From the human T2T-CHM13v2.0 reference genome, Homo sapiens: a stretch of DNA of 64,000 bases. Shown here one piece after another: positions 13,011 through 29,539 of the stretch; positions within the stretch are counted from its first letter, which is position 1; each line of letters begins with the position of its first letter. Where the stretch lies: NCBI RefSeq assembly GCF_009914755.1, contig NC_060938.1. One strand, 5' to 3'. A program made the translations under genes and the position numbers. The notes beneath the pieces were generated by a model. It saw only the letters and a list, made by a program, of their open reading frames with translations, was not told where the DNA came from and made no database searches.

Positions 13011-16000
13011 TGCCCAGACAGACCCCGATGGGTACACAGTAACCTCCTCTTGGAACCACCTGAGGAAGTGGCCCACAGGGAGGAGGCAGAATCCCAGGGC
13101 TGTTGGAATGGGCAGGCCAGGGAAAGCAGAGGGCTTGTGGGAAGGGTTCGTGCAGGAGGCAGTCTTCTCGGAAGGTAAGCATGAGAAGGGAGGAAGAGGA
13201 AACAAAGTGAAGGAAAACACCCAGGAGGCAAGGCGATGTGACTCGTATTTGCTGGGACTCTTGGGAGTGAAAGAAAAGCAACTGACACAGCAGAAGCCCC
13301 AAAGGCTCACGTATCTGTTATGTCTGGGCAGATCCTGTCTTCAGGTATGGTTGGATCCAGGATCATCAGGACTCCACCTCTCCTTATTTTCTGACTTCTG
13401 TAAAGGGGCATAATAGAAAAAGAAAAGAAATAAGGCTAAAGTCAGGTTGCCAGGGTCTAGTTTTCAATTGCCCAAGTGCTCTGATGCCTCTCAGTGGGAT
13501 GCCTGTGCCAGGGACTTCTCTTCCTCCCTCTCTGAGTGAGCATGGCAGGTGGAGAGTGCCCTGCTGGCTGACTGTGTCCCCAGTGCACTGTCACATTGCT
13601 CTGCTCTGAGTCCAGCGTGTTGTATGGAGGCTGATAATCCCATCCTGTGTGGGCACATCCTGGTACAGCCATGCACCTTTCTAGGGTTCCTAGTGGAACC
13701 ACTGGATTTCCTCCCTCTCCATGAACTCCAAGATACTTGGGTCTCCGGAGCAGAGCAGGGATCTGGTTAGTTGTAGACAGGTGAACTGGAAGGAGAGGGA
13801 GAGGGAGAGAGAGAGACAGAGAGAGACAGAGACAGAGAGACAGCATATGAAGAGGCCAACTTTGCTGTAGCAGGCTAGAACCCATGAAATCAAGTAGGCA
13901 AGAGAGAGCACTGGGCAAGTATGCAAACCTTCAACACCTAGTGGCCCTACCGCCAGTAGAACATGACCCTGAGAATACCCTGGACACTGACCAACAGACT
14001 TCTCCTCCCTTTCCCATAAGCAGAGGTGGCAATGTAGGAGAGAGGCTCCCTCTCTCTTTAAGCATGTGTTGTTATATTTGTTGGGGCAGATATAACCCCA
14101 AGTCCATTGCCTTGCAGACTGCTTTATCAGAGGGCTCCCTCCATTAGCTAGCACTGAATGTAACAAGACTTAACAGTTGATAGATAAAGAGGCCTGTTGC
14201 TCTGCCCTACTGCTCCAAGTCTGCACACACCTGTCTACCTTTCTGGGTTGTTCCATCCTTAGCTCCAATGACATAGATTGACCTTACTCATTTCCCCCCG
14301 GCCAGACAGAGAGGAGGGATTATTCTGCCTCTGACTGTGAGCTAACAAGATCCATGAGACAATATTCAGGCAGGGCTTTGAAATGGCAAGACATCTTATA
14401 CCCATGCACCTAACACATGGCTTCCACCCTGGTTGGAGGTACTTCTACCTGGTGCCTCCTGCAGGTGTTGGACAGGGAGCTTTCTCACATTGCTGGTGGT
14501 AGAATCATGAAAGAATACATTTGAGAAGCTGCCCCTGTGTTCATTATATTGAGACCATCCTACATTGGAGATGGTCCCAGCACATCGAGATGACTCGGCT
14601 GCCCAGTGGCCTGGCAGGTGGGGTCTACGACTCATGTGCTTATCCACCTGGACTGTTGATGCCATTCAAGGTGGCTGCCTTGAGATGTCCCTTATGATGG
14701 GAGGCTGGGATGTAAAGGGGACCCCAAGGTAGTCAGCTCCCCTCTGCCACAGCAGTGAGGTGAGGTGAGCTCAATTGTGAGAGATTAAATAGCCATTATC
14801 TCTCCATTACCTCCAAAGTTTCCTTTGGAGCAGAAAAAGCTAGTGTTTGGATTGTTACATATTGATGACTCTTCCCCCAAGACTAAGAAATCGAAGTAGT
14901 ATACATACTTCTGAGAGTTATCTCAGCAACACCTGGTGTTACTGAAAAATGTGTAGGAGAAGGGAAGATTTCCAAGGCTGGAGTAAGTCTCAGAGGCTGA
15001 AGGAATGGCTGTTCTTTTTACACCTGTTGAAGGACTCAAGTAACAGTGGGGTGTTCTTTTGAACTGTGAAACTCCATGTCTGAATCACAGTGAAGACTCA
15101 AAACCAACCCATGGGCATCTCTCATGGATGGTCCTAACTATGTGGCCTTAGCCCTGACATTGTTGGGGACTCTATGGCTCGCCATGATGGATCAGGCATT
15201 GGGTTATGTGGTTGGGGAACTCCAGGGAAGGTGGGCACAGCATGACTGGGCTCTCAGGTGCCGTGCTGCAGTCACATTTGGGAAGATATGTTTGGTCCTC
15301 CAGGCTCTGGGGATGAGATGGAGCAGAGAGGGCAGCTTGGGAATAGGAGCCTTATGAGCTGTCACAGTAACAAGGTCAGCCACGGGTTAATGCCTCAGCT
15401 GTGCTCTGCCCTGAGTCTGGGGCTGAGTCTTACCAAATCTGAGCACAGTGTGGGTGCTGGATGGTTACAGGGAAGAAGATGACTGAGAGACAGGCTCCCC
15501 TTCTCCAGAGTTAAGGTCAGGACTTCCACTTGGGAAAGGAGTGGGTGTAACTAGTGTCTGTTGAATGTCTGCTACGTGCTAGGCACGGTGCAAAGTGCTT
15601 TCTTTACACACACTACCCTGCAGCAAGCCATTTTAGAGACTGTGGAAACATGGGCAGCGAGGTCACAGATTGTCTCAGGGTCACATTGCTAATGAAGGGC
15701 ACAGCAAGGATTCGAGCTTGGGTCTGCCATACTCCAAAGCCAGTGCTCTTATTTACCAACATCAACATCCCTAGCAACCGGCTTCATACCTGATTTGAAA
15801 TCCATCAGTGTATCATGATGCTGTTTGAGTTCTACCAAGCCACTCTACCCATGAGGATGAGTTTGGTCCTGGCTTGCAAGGTTGCTGCAAGACCTGCCAG
15901 CCTCATCCTGGTAGCAAAGGACACCGAACAGGAAACAAGGGTGTTTGGGCAGTTGCTAACTTTTAACTATGGCCTCCTTTGACACAGCACCAGAGCCTCC

Positions 16001-17680
16001 AGAAGGGTTGTTATTCTAGGCATGGGTCTGATTTGTAGTCGTGATGCTTCTTTATTCATTTGATTCCTTTAGAGAACAACTGATTCTAGAGATGCTGTTT
16101 TCATTTCCAACGCATGCTCCGGGGAGACCTAGGAGTGCCACAAAGATGTTTCCTGGGCTTCCTGGGGGTGGGGGTGAAGGACTGAGTGGGAATGGGGTGA
16201 TCCCTTCTTCCCGCTTGCCTAGGTTTTTTGTTGCTTTCTACAGCAAGTTTCTATGTACAGTTTCAACTGAAGAATGACTACTCAGGGCTCTTTTTTAAAG
16301 TTTGAAAGCCATTTCTTTAAGATGATGCTTTTGAGACCCATTAGGCAAAAACATTTCTGTTTGTGGGTGAGTCACTCTCCCACAGAAGCCAAGTGCCTGG
16401 TCATTTGCAGAGTTGTTGAGGAACTAAGTCTCCATAAAGACCCATCCTCTACCCTATCCTTTGATGGTGACAGCAAGAAGTGCATCTCCTTGGTTGAATG
16501 GCTAGGTTGAGAATCCAAGGAATGAGAGGAATTGTGCATTGGTTGATGTTGGAAGAAACGAAAATAAAACCACATATTTGGTCTCATTATGGCCTTTCAA
16601 ACTGGAAGAGGAAGGAATATGGTGTAACAAGCCCTCTTTATTTTGCTGAGGAATTTATTTTACCTCCAAAGGGGACCTCCTAATTTCTTGGGTGTGTTTG
16701 CAGAAATCCTTCAAGTGCACCTAGCTGGCTTCAGAACTGCTGCCCATTTGGACCTGCTCCAACCAAGCAAATTGGTCCTCATGGGGAAATTTTGCTTGGC
16801 AGTGGACGGTCTTCCTTTTCTTCACCTCCTCCTTCTTGTTCCGGCTGCCCTTCATCTTCTCCATGTCATAGAAAGTTAAAATGGACCCTTTGGCATCATT
16901 CCATAAAATCAATTGGTTTCTTCCCCAATGTTATATTCCTTTTCTCATTTTCTCCATTCAGCGCTGAGAGCACACCTCATTCCAATTGGAAAGAACTTTT
17001 CTACTGGGAATGGACACGTCTTTCTAAATACATGGACAGTGAGGAGAGGGCTGGCCCACACTGGCCTCCCAAAAGGAGTTGTTCCTAAAGTCCTCTTATC
17101 CATCAATTGGTTGGACCTACGCACATATTTCCCCAGTTATCTACAGTGCTTAGGTTTCCAGGCCTACTCACAAACGCCCTTTCTTTAGTGACAGCATGCT
17201 GCACTGGGATGGACTCTGTTGAAGTAACGTAGTAGAATTGACAGAGAGGACAGGTTTGGGGTGAGCTAGACTTGGGTTCTAATCCCAGACTGTTTTCTGG
17301 CCTTGAGAATCTTATCCCCAGAGCTTCAATTTTCTCCTCAGTAAATAAAAGGAGTGATGACACCCAGCTCAGATGAGAGGTGGGCTTGGCTTCCCTGAAA
17401 TGGGACTAAGTGGCAGAACACAGCCAGGTTCCCAGCACAGAGTAGGTGTGCAGCAACTGCCAGCTTCCTCTCTGCCTCCTGCTGCCCCTGGTCATTGAGT
17501 CTGAGATTGATGCTCTAGTTGGCTTACTCCACAGGTACAGTGAAGAAGGGGCCGAAAGTGAAAATGCTATGGTTTTTACAGTGATTGCCCAAAAGAGAGG
17601 AACCAACCATATGATTGAATAAGAAATAGAGTTTCTGTCTTTATTGCTGATATTTGATAAAAGGCAGCATGATTTGATTA

Positions 17681-18305
<625 letters not shown>

Positions 18306-18591
18306 TCATGTAGTAATAATAATCGTGAACTTTCCTGATCTGTCGATTAATTTAAAAACAAACGATAAGCTGTTCGGAACGAAGAATACATTTCTATTTT
18401 AAAGGTATTATTTAAATTCATTGAAATTTGTTATGTATGAACTAATATGTGATCCTACCAAGAATTACATCTCATAGTTCGGGATTTGTTTCATTGTTCT
18501 CAATTTTAAATGCAAATAAAAATGCCAAGTGGTCACAGAATAACCAGAGTGAAGTAACTTGAGTTCTTTGTTTTTAGAATCACTGTGCTAA

Positions 18592-18905
18592 GGCTGGCAT
18601 GGTGGCTCACGCCTGTCATCCCAGCACTGTGGGAGGCCTAGGCAGGTGGATTACTTGAGTCCAGGAGTTCAAGGCCAGCCTTGGCAACAAAGTGAGACCC
18701 TTGTCTCTACAAAAAAATTTTAAAAAAGTAGTTGGATGTGGTGGTGCACACCTGTGGTCCCAGCTACACGGGAGGCTGAGGTGGGAAGATCACTTGAGCC
18801 CAGGAGATTAAGGCTCCAGTGAGATGTGTTCACGCCACTGCACACTAGCCTGGGTGACAGAACAAGATCCTGTCTCCAAAACAAACAAACAAACAAACAA
18901 ACAAG
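18592..18905 (+). mobile_element. AluJ with (AAAC)n tail
   Basis: J-type diagnostic gatcacttgagcccagg. Confidence 0.9.
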
Positions 18906-19479
18906 CCCCCCACTGAATCTATTGTTTGAACGCAGGGGTATGTAGTACTTCAGGGGCTGAGACACAAAGTGTGCCTAAGCGAGCTTGAACCATTCTGAAC
19001 CATTAGGAATTTACTCTGGAAACATTTGTGTAGTGTGTGTGTGTCTGACTTTTTAACTTCCAGGTGGAATGCAATTTGTATTAAATAATAGGTAACAAAA
19101 ACTTGCTAATTTGAAGCTTACATATATTATTAAGACTCAACAGCAACTGCAAAAATTGTTTAGAACTTAGACCAACAAAAGATTTTCTTGGAGAGGAGTA
19201 TTTTATCATTGACATCATTTTGACTAGCTGGAGCAAGATGATAATTAAAAACACTCTGACTTTTAGTCGGTGTAAGTCTTGCTTTTCCATTCTGTACAGA
19301 AAATGCCTCTCTTATTGCTCGCTGACATCCGGTCTCCTTCCACCACCCTGCACATGGTACACCTCAAGGTGTAGCAGACTATTGGTTGCCAACTCAAGAG
19401 CCATTCCTGCCTCCGCTTACAACAGAAGTGGATTTGCTTGTTATTAAATGCCAGCGTTCTCAGGAAAAGCAAGCCTCTC

Positions 19480-19990
19480 CCCTACCTTCAGGGAGTGATC
19501 GTATTTTAAACCAGTCATGGTGGACTATTTCTCCTTTGACAGTGATTGGTTTGGGGGTGAACACGTGACTGGAGTCTGGCCAATAAGAAGTGAGGATAAG
19601 TTGCTGGGGTGGGAAAGAGAAACTCCTGTAAAAGATTTTCTTCACATTAAATTCAAATCAAAACACAGAAATAAACAAAAAAACAAACTAAAGAAATAAG
19701 GAGCGACATATCCCTCAACACGAACACACAAATACATTCACCTCTTTCCTGGATTTGGACACAGCTGGGTGAGGAAGTAGGATGCTCAGGCCCACCAAAA
19801 CCGGCCTTCAACAATGGGAGAACAAGTTGAAGGTGAAAGCCAGTATGTTAAGGACGGCAGAAGAAAAAAATGGAACTACCTGCCTCTGGAAAATTTGCTG
19901 TGTGATATAATAGACTCTTACCCTTTAAGCTACCGTCACTTGACCCTCCCATTGCTGGAAGACAAAAGCAACTTAGAGCTATTGTTGGAT
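19480..19990. mobile_element. Degenerate ERVL LTR (LTR16-like) fragments
   Basis: cagtgattggtttgggggtgaacacgtgac..ggccaataaga; aaagccagtatgttaaggacggcagaag; ctacctgcctctgga. Subfamily uncertain. Confidence 0.45.
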
Positions 19991-20612
19991 GTGTGTGCAC
20001 GTGAAGGGGAGATGGTCGCCCCGGGAAGTAGCAGACTCCTTGTGGAGAAAACCAGGGCAAAGAAAGAGCACAATATGTACTTGGCCTCTCAGGTGTGGTG
20101 GGAGGAGAGCAAGCCAGTGGAGAAGGGATACTGGGCCAGATGGTTCTACCGCTTGGCTTTAGATGACACCATTAACCTGAACATCCTGGCAGCTGAACCG
20201 GAACTAGAGTGTTGAAGTAGGTGGGTGGGTGGATGGTGCAGGGCAGGACCTGTGTGGGGCTCTGCAAAACAGTGAGTCTGTAACTGGGTGCTGAGTACAG
20301 ATAGTCATCCATCAATCACTGTACTCACTGTGTGCCCCCTTCCTAACCAAAGAGGGGGTTCGTAAATAATACAATAATTAAATGGAAAGAAAGTCAGTGA
20401 CCCTAAGCGATTTGCGGACTGGCTGTTTGACTTAGCCCTGGTCGTCTAGAAAACAGAGACCTGGGGCGAGCATTAAGTTACTGGTACTTCATTTGGGAGA
20501 TGCAAGCCCAGGGAATGGAGGTGGTGGCAAAAGGGAAGTAAGGGGAGGGGAGATGCCAGGCAGTGAGACATGATGATGTGTGCTGTGCTGGCCACCACTG
20601 CATCCAGCCTCA

Positions 20613-20971
<359 letters not shown>

Positions 20972-21347
20972 TCACGCCACGAAGCAGTACACAGAGTGGG
21001 AGAAAGAGGGAGAAATTTGGGGAGCTGCCCTCCTGAACTTCTGGGTGCCATCATCTGGCTTCTCAGCAAGCCAGATCTTAGGCACTGGGAGTAGAGGTGA
21101 GATTTCACCTGAGAGGGAAGCTGACTAAGAGAGACAAAATAAGAAGGCAGTCCAGGGAACCCGAGCCAACAGCTTGTGTGTGGTACAGGGTCAGCACCTA
21201 AGTGTTTGCCCTTCCATGGGCAGGGACAACCCATCCCTCCTTGTCCCATGTTTCTCCCCCTCCTTGTGGTGCTCAGACACCCTGCAGAAGGCCTTTGTCC
21301 CCCTCCACCTTTCTTCAAGTCCTTTCCACAACACCCTTCCAGTTTGC

Positions 21348-21670
21348 TTTTTTTTTTTTTTTTTTTTTGAGACGGAGTCTCGCTCTGTCACCCAGCCTGG
21401 AGTGCAGTGGTGCTATCTCAGCTCACTGAAGTCCCCTCCTCCTGGGTTCAAGTGATTCTCCTGCTTCAGCCTCCTCAGTAGCTGGGACTGCAGGTGCGTG
21501 ACACCATGCCCGGCTAATTTTTCCTTTTTTTTTTTTTTTTTTTTGTATTTTTAGTAGAGACGGGGTTTCACCGTGTTAACCAGGATCGTCTCAATCTCCT
21601 GACCTTGTGATCTGCCCTCCTCAGCCTCCCAAAGTGCTGGGATTACAGGCATGAGCCACTGAGCCCGGCC
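21348..21670 (-). mobile_element. AluSc/Y-like with expanded middle T-tract; TSD ccagt(t/a)tgcttt
   Basis: Reverse Alu with accgtgttaaccaggatcgtctcaatctcctgaccttgtgatc. Confidence 0.9.
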
Positions 21671-22308
21671 CCAGTATGCTTTCAAAGCAAGTGCCTCAGA
21701 GGTGAGTGTAAAACGCCCTCTGTGGCTTCAGGAAGGGAGAGTAAAGAGGAATTATTACTGCTCCCTGCTCTGCTGGGCTTGGTAGAATTACCCCAAAGCA
21801 GTGTTTATCATGCCATGAAGCTGGATGCCCATGTTTAATGTGCTATCGGTTCTGACCCCAGGTGTCTCTCTGCATCACTGCTCTCCAACCAGCGATCCTA
21901 CAGTCTGTGGCTCAGCTGAGGGTCACTGCTGACAAGTGTATTACTGGTGTTTATCCATATTAAATCTTGTAGTGGTGACTGCCTTTTACCCATTTTTCTA
22001 AACTCTCTGATTCCTCTGTAGTTTCCCTTGCTGCTTTGTCTTGTCCTTCTTGGAAAGGCAAACCCTCCCAAGTCAGGAATTCTATTGAAGCTTGGTGTTC
22101 CCAGTTGTTTATGAAGAATAAAGATGTTATGGATGGCCATGCTATGAAGCTCGAGCCTTCATGTAGAATTGTACTGACCCATTCATAATTACATCATTCA
22201 GAGTGGTGGAGAGTTCACCAATGGGACTGTTTTAATTACAGTATACATCTGTGAAGGTAATGGTCAGCCAGCACTTTTCTCGTGTAAAAACACAGTTAAA
22301 AGCTGTCA

Positions 22309-23101
<793 letters not shown>

Positions 23102-23507
23102 TAATTGAGCCATTAGGAAATAAAAACACCTTTGAATGTCCCCAATGTTGAATTTTCTGTCATTCATACTAGGGAGACAGGCTCTGTCAACATGTTTCTT
23201 TGTTTGCACTTAACAACAATACAAGTGTGTGTGCTGCTTTAGAATTAATTTTCCGAAAGTTTCCCATATTTTGTGGTTTCTCTAAAATAGTTATCTTTTA
23301 GAATAGACATGAAAATGGAGGCATAATCTGTGAGTTTGCAAAGAAACTGTTTATTCTTTCTGTGGCCATTGCTGACCATGGGATTTTTGCAGTTAAAACT
23401 ATCATCAGCCAAAGAGAACTTTTTCTTCTACCAGTGATGAGACCCTAGAAACAAATTGCTTGCATTACTATTTGTAATCAACTATGTATGCTCAAATTGT
23501 TGCCAAA

Positions 23508-23808
<301 letters not shown>

Positions 23809-24519
23809 TTGTCGCCAAAGTCACAAGAAACTGAACGATAATGTAATATGTGACACGGACAAAAATAAGGTCAAGTTTCTTTGTTATAAGAAAAAACTCC
23901 ACAATCCACTGTAATGGAAAATATTTAATGAGACAGGTCATTCATTCAGTCAACAGCTAATTGTTCAATGCCTCTTAGCTACCAGGTACTATCGAGGTAT
24001 GGTATTCTTTCTCTCCCCCTGATCTCCCTTCTCCTCCTTCATTTTCTCTTTGTGCTTCTCCTACTCCTCTTTTTCTCCCTTAGAAATTTGGCAAGGGATA
24101 AAGCTATTACAGTCATAATGTGCTCCTATTCTCCTGGTAGTTGGTAGGAAAAAAAAAGATTTTTTGTTTCTATGGAGAGACAAATCTCACTTTCCTCATC
24201 CTCCAACCTGCCTGCTCACTGCAGCTACCATCTTGTATAGGGCCTACAGGAAGAAAGAATCTATGGTAAAGAGAGAACTTTAATATATCAATCAGCTGTG
24301 GTGGTGAGAATGGATCTTGAGGCTCAGAAAAAAGAAAAACGAATGGAGCTTTGAAATATCTGGAAGTTATTCCAAGACCCCTGGTAGGGATTTCAGATAA
24401 CGAAATGGATGACGCCAGTGGTGGGAGGGCACCCAAGCATTTATCCACTCAAGATGCCCCCTTCATATTTTATCCTTGGTGTCGTGGCAGCAGTGCTAAT
24501 AGGACATGAGCCTTCTTGC

Positions 24520-24745
24520 CCCAGTAATGGCCCATTACGGCTTCAGGAAAAGCCATCATGTTTCCGCAGCATTTATCTGTCAGCAGGAGACTATTATGAG
24601 AGCACAAACTCACATTGTATTAGCGTTATCAGTTAATTATGATCCTTGGGACCAGTGCCAGCCAATGGGCTAGCAGTCTGCTGACCATCACTCAGGGATA
24701 TAACTCCACACCCCCAAATTCAAGCATGTAAGAAGACAGCAGGTC
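24520..24745 (+). promoter_or_regulatory. Putative core promoter of the distal ESRRB exon 1
   Basis: AGCCAATGG at 24660-24668, TATA-like TATAA at 24699-24703 and TGCTGAC at 24679-24685, all directly upstream of the exon. Confidence 0.5.
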
Positions 24746-24984
24746 CGCAGAGAGGTGTGGTCAGGGACATTTCCCCTGGCCGGGAGCCCATGGAGCACTG
24801 TCCTCAGAGATGCGCAGGTTAGGCTCACTGTCTAGGCCAGGCCCACCTTAGTCACTGTGGACTGGCAATGGAAGCTCTTCCTGGACACACCTGCCCTAGC
24901 CCTCACCCTGGGGTGGAAGAGAAATGAGCTTGGCTTGCAACTCAGACCATTCCACGGAGGCATCCTCCCCTTCCTGGGCTGGTG
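24745..24984 (+). other. ESRRB: ESRRB distal non-coding first exon (start approximate)
   Basis: Matches the recalled 5' end of the classical ESRRB mRNA (CCGCAGAGAGGTGTGGTCAGGGAC...GGGCTGGTG). Strong donor GTG|gtaaga at 24984/24985. Confidence 0.85.
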
Positions 24985-25918
24985 GTAAGAAGTGGCTACA
25001 TACTGTGGGTGTTTCTGAAGGTATCATTCCCACCTGGAAGCTTGGCTTCAGGAAAATGGGGATGGGTGAGGGACAGGGATGGCATAAACAAACAGTTAGC
25101 ATTCCTACACTCACTGGATTTAGAGAGCATGTGGCAGATTCTCCAAAAATGCCTGTTGGGTCTTGTCTTTTAGTGAGGAAGCCGTCAAGTCCTCTACTCT
25201 CCTGGGGACCAAGCTGGCTCCACCAGCTTCTGCTAAGTTGCCTGGCTTGAAAGGTGGAGGAAGTATCCTCCTATTGTTGGTCCTAGGGGAGCATATGGCA
25301 GGGAGGGGATTTGAGGACCTAAGAGACACTGCTTGCTGCTGCCTCATTTGTGCAAAAATGGCTGGTGTCTGGGGAGGCTGCCTCAAGAGAGGGAAGATAC
25401 TACCAAGACTGGATTCCATTAAGAGTGGAGATTTTCACCCGACCTCTGGCAAGAGTTGCTGTGCTGGGTTAGACTGCATATATCATGACGAGACTGCTCT
25501 AGTGACCCTTGAGATCTGGGCCTTGGAGTAGGATGGCATACCCTGAGGACTTAGGCAGGCTGGGGTGGGAAAGGGCGGGTGGTTAGTGGGAACCTGTGTT
25601 TGTCTAGATCTCTGACATACTCAGTGCTTTTTGTACCCAGGGAAATAGAGGCATGGGGGACAGAGTGGGCTAGGCTGTGTGTGAAAATTTTTCCTAATTA
25701 TCTGCCACCTGGAGCATTGCTTACTGTAGGACAGCAGCCTATGACATCGGCATCCACAAACCAGTGCTTCCTTTTTCCCTCCCAGGAAACCACTGGGGGA
25801 AGGGTGAGGACACAGAAGCCTGTGTCCCCTCTGTCCACCAGGTAAAGAGTGTGTGGAGCGTGTTGTATTGGACAGTTCTTGTTTGTCATCATTTTTCTTA
25901 GGGAAGAGCTCAAACTCA

Positions 25919-26347
<429 letters not shown>

Positions 26348-27529
26348 TCACTTCACCACATAGAGAAATTTACAAATTTCCTTTGTCAAATCTGATGATG
26401 GTTCTAAATGGTTCTCTGAGTCCCTCCTAGCCATAAGGTGCTGTGAATGTAATGAATATCAATTTAAAGGCATTTGTCACAAAAACAACGTGAGCTGCTG
26501 TCATCTTACATCCTCCACATTTACTGCATCTAATAGCTTTTGTCCACTTTCCTTTTGGCTGACTTGCCTACCTGGGGGTACTAGTACTGGGGTGGAGGGT
26601 AGTGAAGGGGTGGCTTAGAGCTCTTGCTGAGCATGGATTACAAACAGCCCCTCCTCTAGGTGAGCAGTAAAATAAATCATGATTTGTTGACTGCATTTTA
26701 GGACTGAAGAAAGCCAAGAACCCTGCCCACCCCACTCCACCCCTGTACAGCCTCTGTTTTCTGGAGAAGAGATGACTTTGGCAAGGTCACATGGAGGAGT
26801 CAGGACCCGATCCCAGAGTCCTTTACTGTCCCATACTGCTGCCTCTCCAGCCAGAGGCATGGAGCCTAACCCTGGCTTTGGGAAGGAATCCATCCTCCGT
26901 GAGTTGGCTGAGGGCAGAATGGGAAAAATGTGGGCCCCATGCACAGTGTGGGACCTAGGCAAGTTTGTCTGGAGAATCACAGGAGGAGCCTGGGCCTGCC
27001 AAGTTGGATCATGCCACTAGGGTGTCCCGGCGGCTGGCCCTCATCTCTCCTCTTGCAGAGTCAGAAAGGAAATGAGAAAGAACTTGGCCCCAGGGCTGTG
27101 TGAGAGGAGGCTCAGGCAGAGGAAGGCTGAGAAGGCCTAGGTCTCTAGGAGTTCATTCCTGCCTGGAGGACAATCAGCTAGTGCCCAGAGATAAGGCTCT
27201 GGTTCACCTTCATGCCTGAACCTTAGAGGCAGAGAATAATAGTAGGCAAGCATTAGCCTAGTGTTCTAACCAATGCAGACCCCACTTTCTCCTCATTTGC
27301 TCCCAGTGGCTTTGAATCCATTGCTCTGGGCTGTGATGTGGTCTTTCTTTTCAGACCATGAAGAGGACCTTATTTCTACCAAGTGTGTCTTGTTTCCAGT
27401 TAAAAACGGTGCACCCACACAGAGTAAGGAGTCAAGGGGCCCCAGACAACCCATCACTGCCTCACCTTCTTCCTGGGCAGCGGCCTGTCACTCAGCAGGC
27501 TGTGGCACCCCACTCCAAACTCCTACAGG

Positions 27530-28045
27530 TTAACCATTCATTCAGCAAAATCTTCATCAAGCAACTGTTATGTATCAGGCAACTTTAGATGCTAGAGATT
27601 CTCTGGTGAACAAAAAGAGACATGGTCCCTACTCCCATGGAGCTTACAGTCTAGTGAGGGAAGGGTGGAGGAGGGAATTATCACTCATGCCAGTACACAG
27701 ACAATTGCAAACTGTGATAAACTACCCAAAGCAAAGGAACCACAGAAGATTCTGGCACTATATGGAAGGTGGGGCCTTCTAGGTGGCAGATGTAAAGACT
27801 GGGGCCCAGAGGGAAAGCAGCAGGGGCTGTGGAGAGGAACAGAGGGACCTGCAGGAAGCTGTCATAGGATGCCTTCCTTGGAGGCCAAGGACTGGGGCCT
27901 TTTTCCTAATTGCAACAACGGGACATTGGATGTGCATTTTACAAATCGCTCCCTGGCTGCTGTGTGCCTGGAGAATGGATTTCAGCAGGGCAGAAAGGAT
28001 GCCGAAAAACCAGTCACTGAGGTCCTGGTGAGAGATGATGGTCAT
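27530..28045 (-). mobile_element. L2 fragment
   Basis: cattcattcagcaaa...catggtccctactcccatggagcttacagtctagtg (reverse L2 3' end). Confidence 0.7.
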
Positions 28046-29539
28046 ATAGAAGCCAGGCTCAAGGGAAGCATCCCTGCACCCCTCTTTCTGTCTCTGATGA
28101 AGTACCTATGTGATTTTTAAAAATCGGGGGCTGCTGGGGGGCTACTGACAGAGGAGACATCTTCATCCATCTCTCTGTGAGATGCCTTCCTGAGCCTTGC
28201 GCCCAGAGAATCCCACTTGTTCCTCCACTTCAGCACATATGAAAAATCTCAGCTCTGTTTCCCAACCTGCACGAGCACATTTATCCAAGTCAAAAATCAT
28301 CTGCGATCCTTCTGCCCACTCTCCCAGCCCCTGCCCAGGCGGCTGGCCCCTCCTGGGGTTTCTCACAACCCTCCCTGCCTTTATTCCTGAAGTGCTTGAA
28401 CATTGCCTGCAGTTACACTCCATTTAGACATTATTTTGATGATAAAATTATGTCTTCCCCCCTACTGCTCATTGTCTTCTGCAGAATATAGGAGAATAAG
28501 GTGGTGGTGTCTCCTGAGGGCTTTTCCCCCCTTTTAAATAATTCTATACCTACCCCCCTCCCCACACTCATTTGAATCATCAAATTGATTATTATCCCTG
28601 TGGCTGGTGCATCTCAAAAGATGAAAAACCCAGAAGCAGGGCTGGGGCATGACTTACAGCTCATTTTGGTACAGTGGCATCCCATAATATTCGGGTTCAC
28701 TGAGGGAGCAGCGGACGGGGATGCAGGTGCGTTTGTAGCTGGGGATTCAGGTGTGTATTTCAAAGTGTGTACTTGTGCCTTGGAGTGGATGTGGCGGGTA
28801 AGTTGATCATTTTCACCACGATTGTATTTTCCTAAGCAGACAGGAATTTATTTGCTCATGTCTGTGTCCTGGGTACATTTCAGAGAGCTGCCAATGACTA
28901 GAGCATCACTTCATACATTGAGAGAACGTTTTATAGATGCGCACCCTGCATCTAGCCATATGAGAGTGGTGCAGAACTGACTGGCCCAGGTGATGAGAAC
29001 TGGGAAGGGAATCTGTTTCTCTCCTGCCTTCTTGCTGTGCCTCACCTGCTGGCCTGACCCTTTGCACTTTTGCGCACACAGCGCAGGGTTTGAGGCTGCC
29101 TCTTCTCTTTGGTGCGTGGGTGGAGAAATGTGACTCATTTTTAATTTGGAAAACAGATCCATTCCAGAAAGGCTGAGAGGTGAGTTTGCTAGACCTGCCA
29201 GTTAAAAGATGGGATAGGGGTGGCCCGGGGGGTATGTAAGCAATAAATCTCCCCCCACCCCAGACCCACCTGGCGGTTGGACATTCCCCCCCACCCCCCT
29301 TTAACTGCGAGAAGGCAGGCCTTAGGGCTCTAACACCCAGTACTCCTACTGCTCAGGAGGTGGGGACCTCGCGCGCTGAGCGTCTCATTCCATGAAGTCT
29401 CTCTGTCTCACCCCCTCCCCCCACCCCAGCTTGATTCTGTCACTTTAAGTCCAGCCCCTGAGAGATAGCCAATAGGAGCCAAACTATACATCAGTCTCCC
29501 AGCCTTAAAGCTACAGTAGGGTTAGTGGGCTCCAAGTCT

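Noticed and set aside
16050-17200. Possible processed pseudogene (purine-rich, Lys/Glu-rich minus-strand ORF)
   Set aside because: No recognisable parent protein, poly(A) tail or TSD; it would need BLASTX to revisit.
24924-25250. 108-aa ORF starting in the distal exon 1
   Set aside because: It crosses the 24984 donor. After splicing it ends at once (GAA TAA), so it is treated as a uORF.
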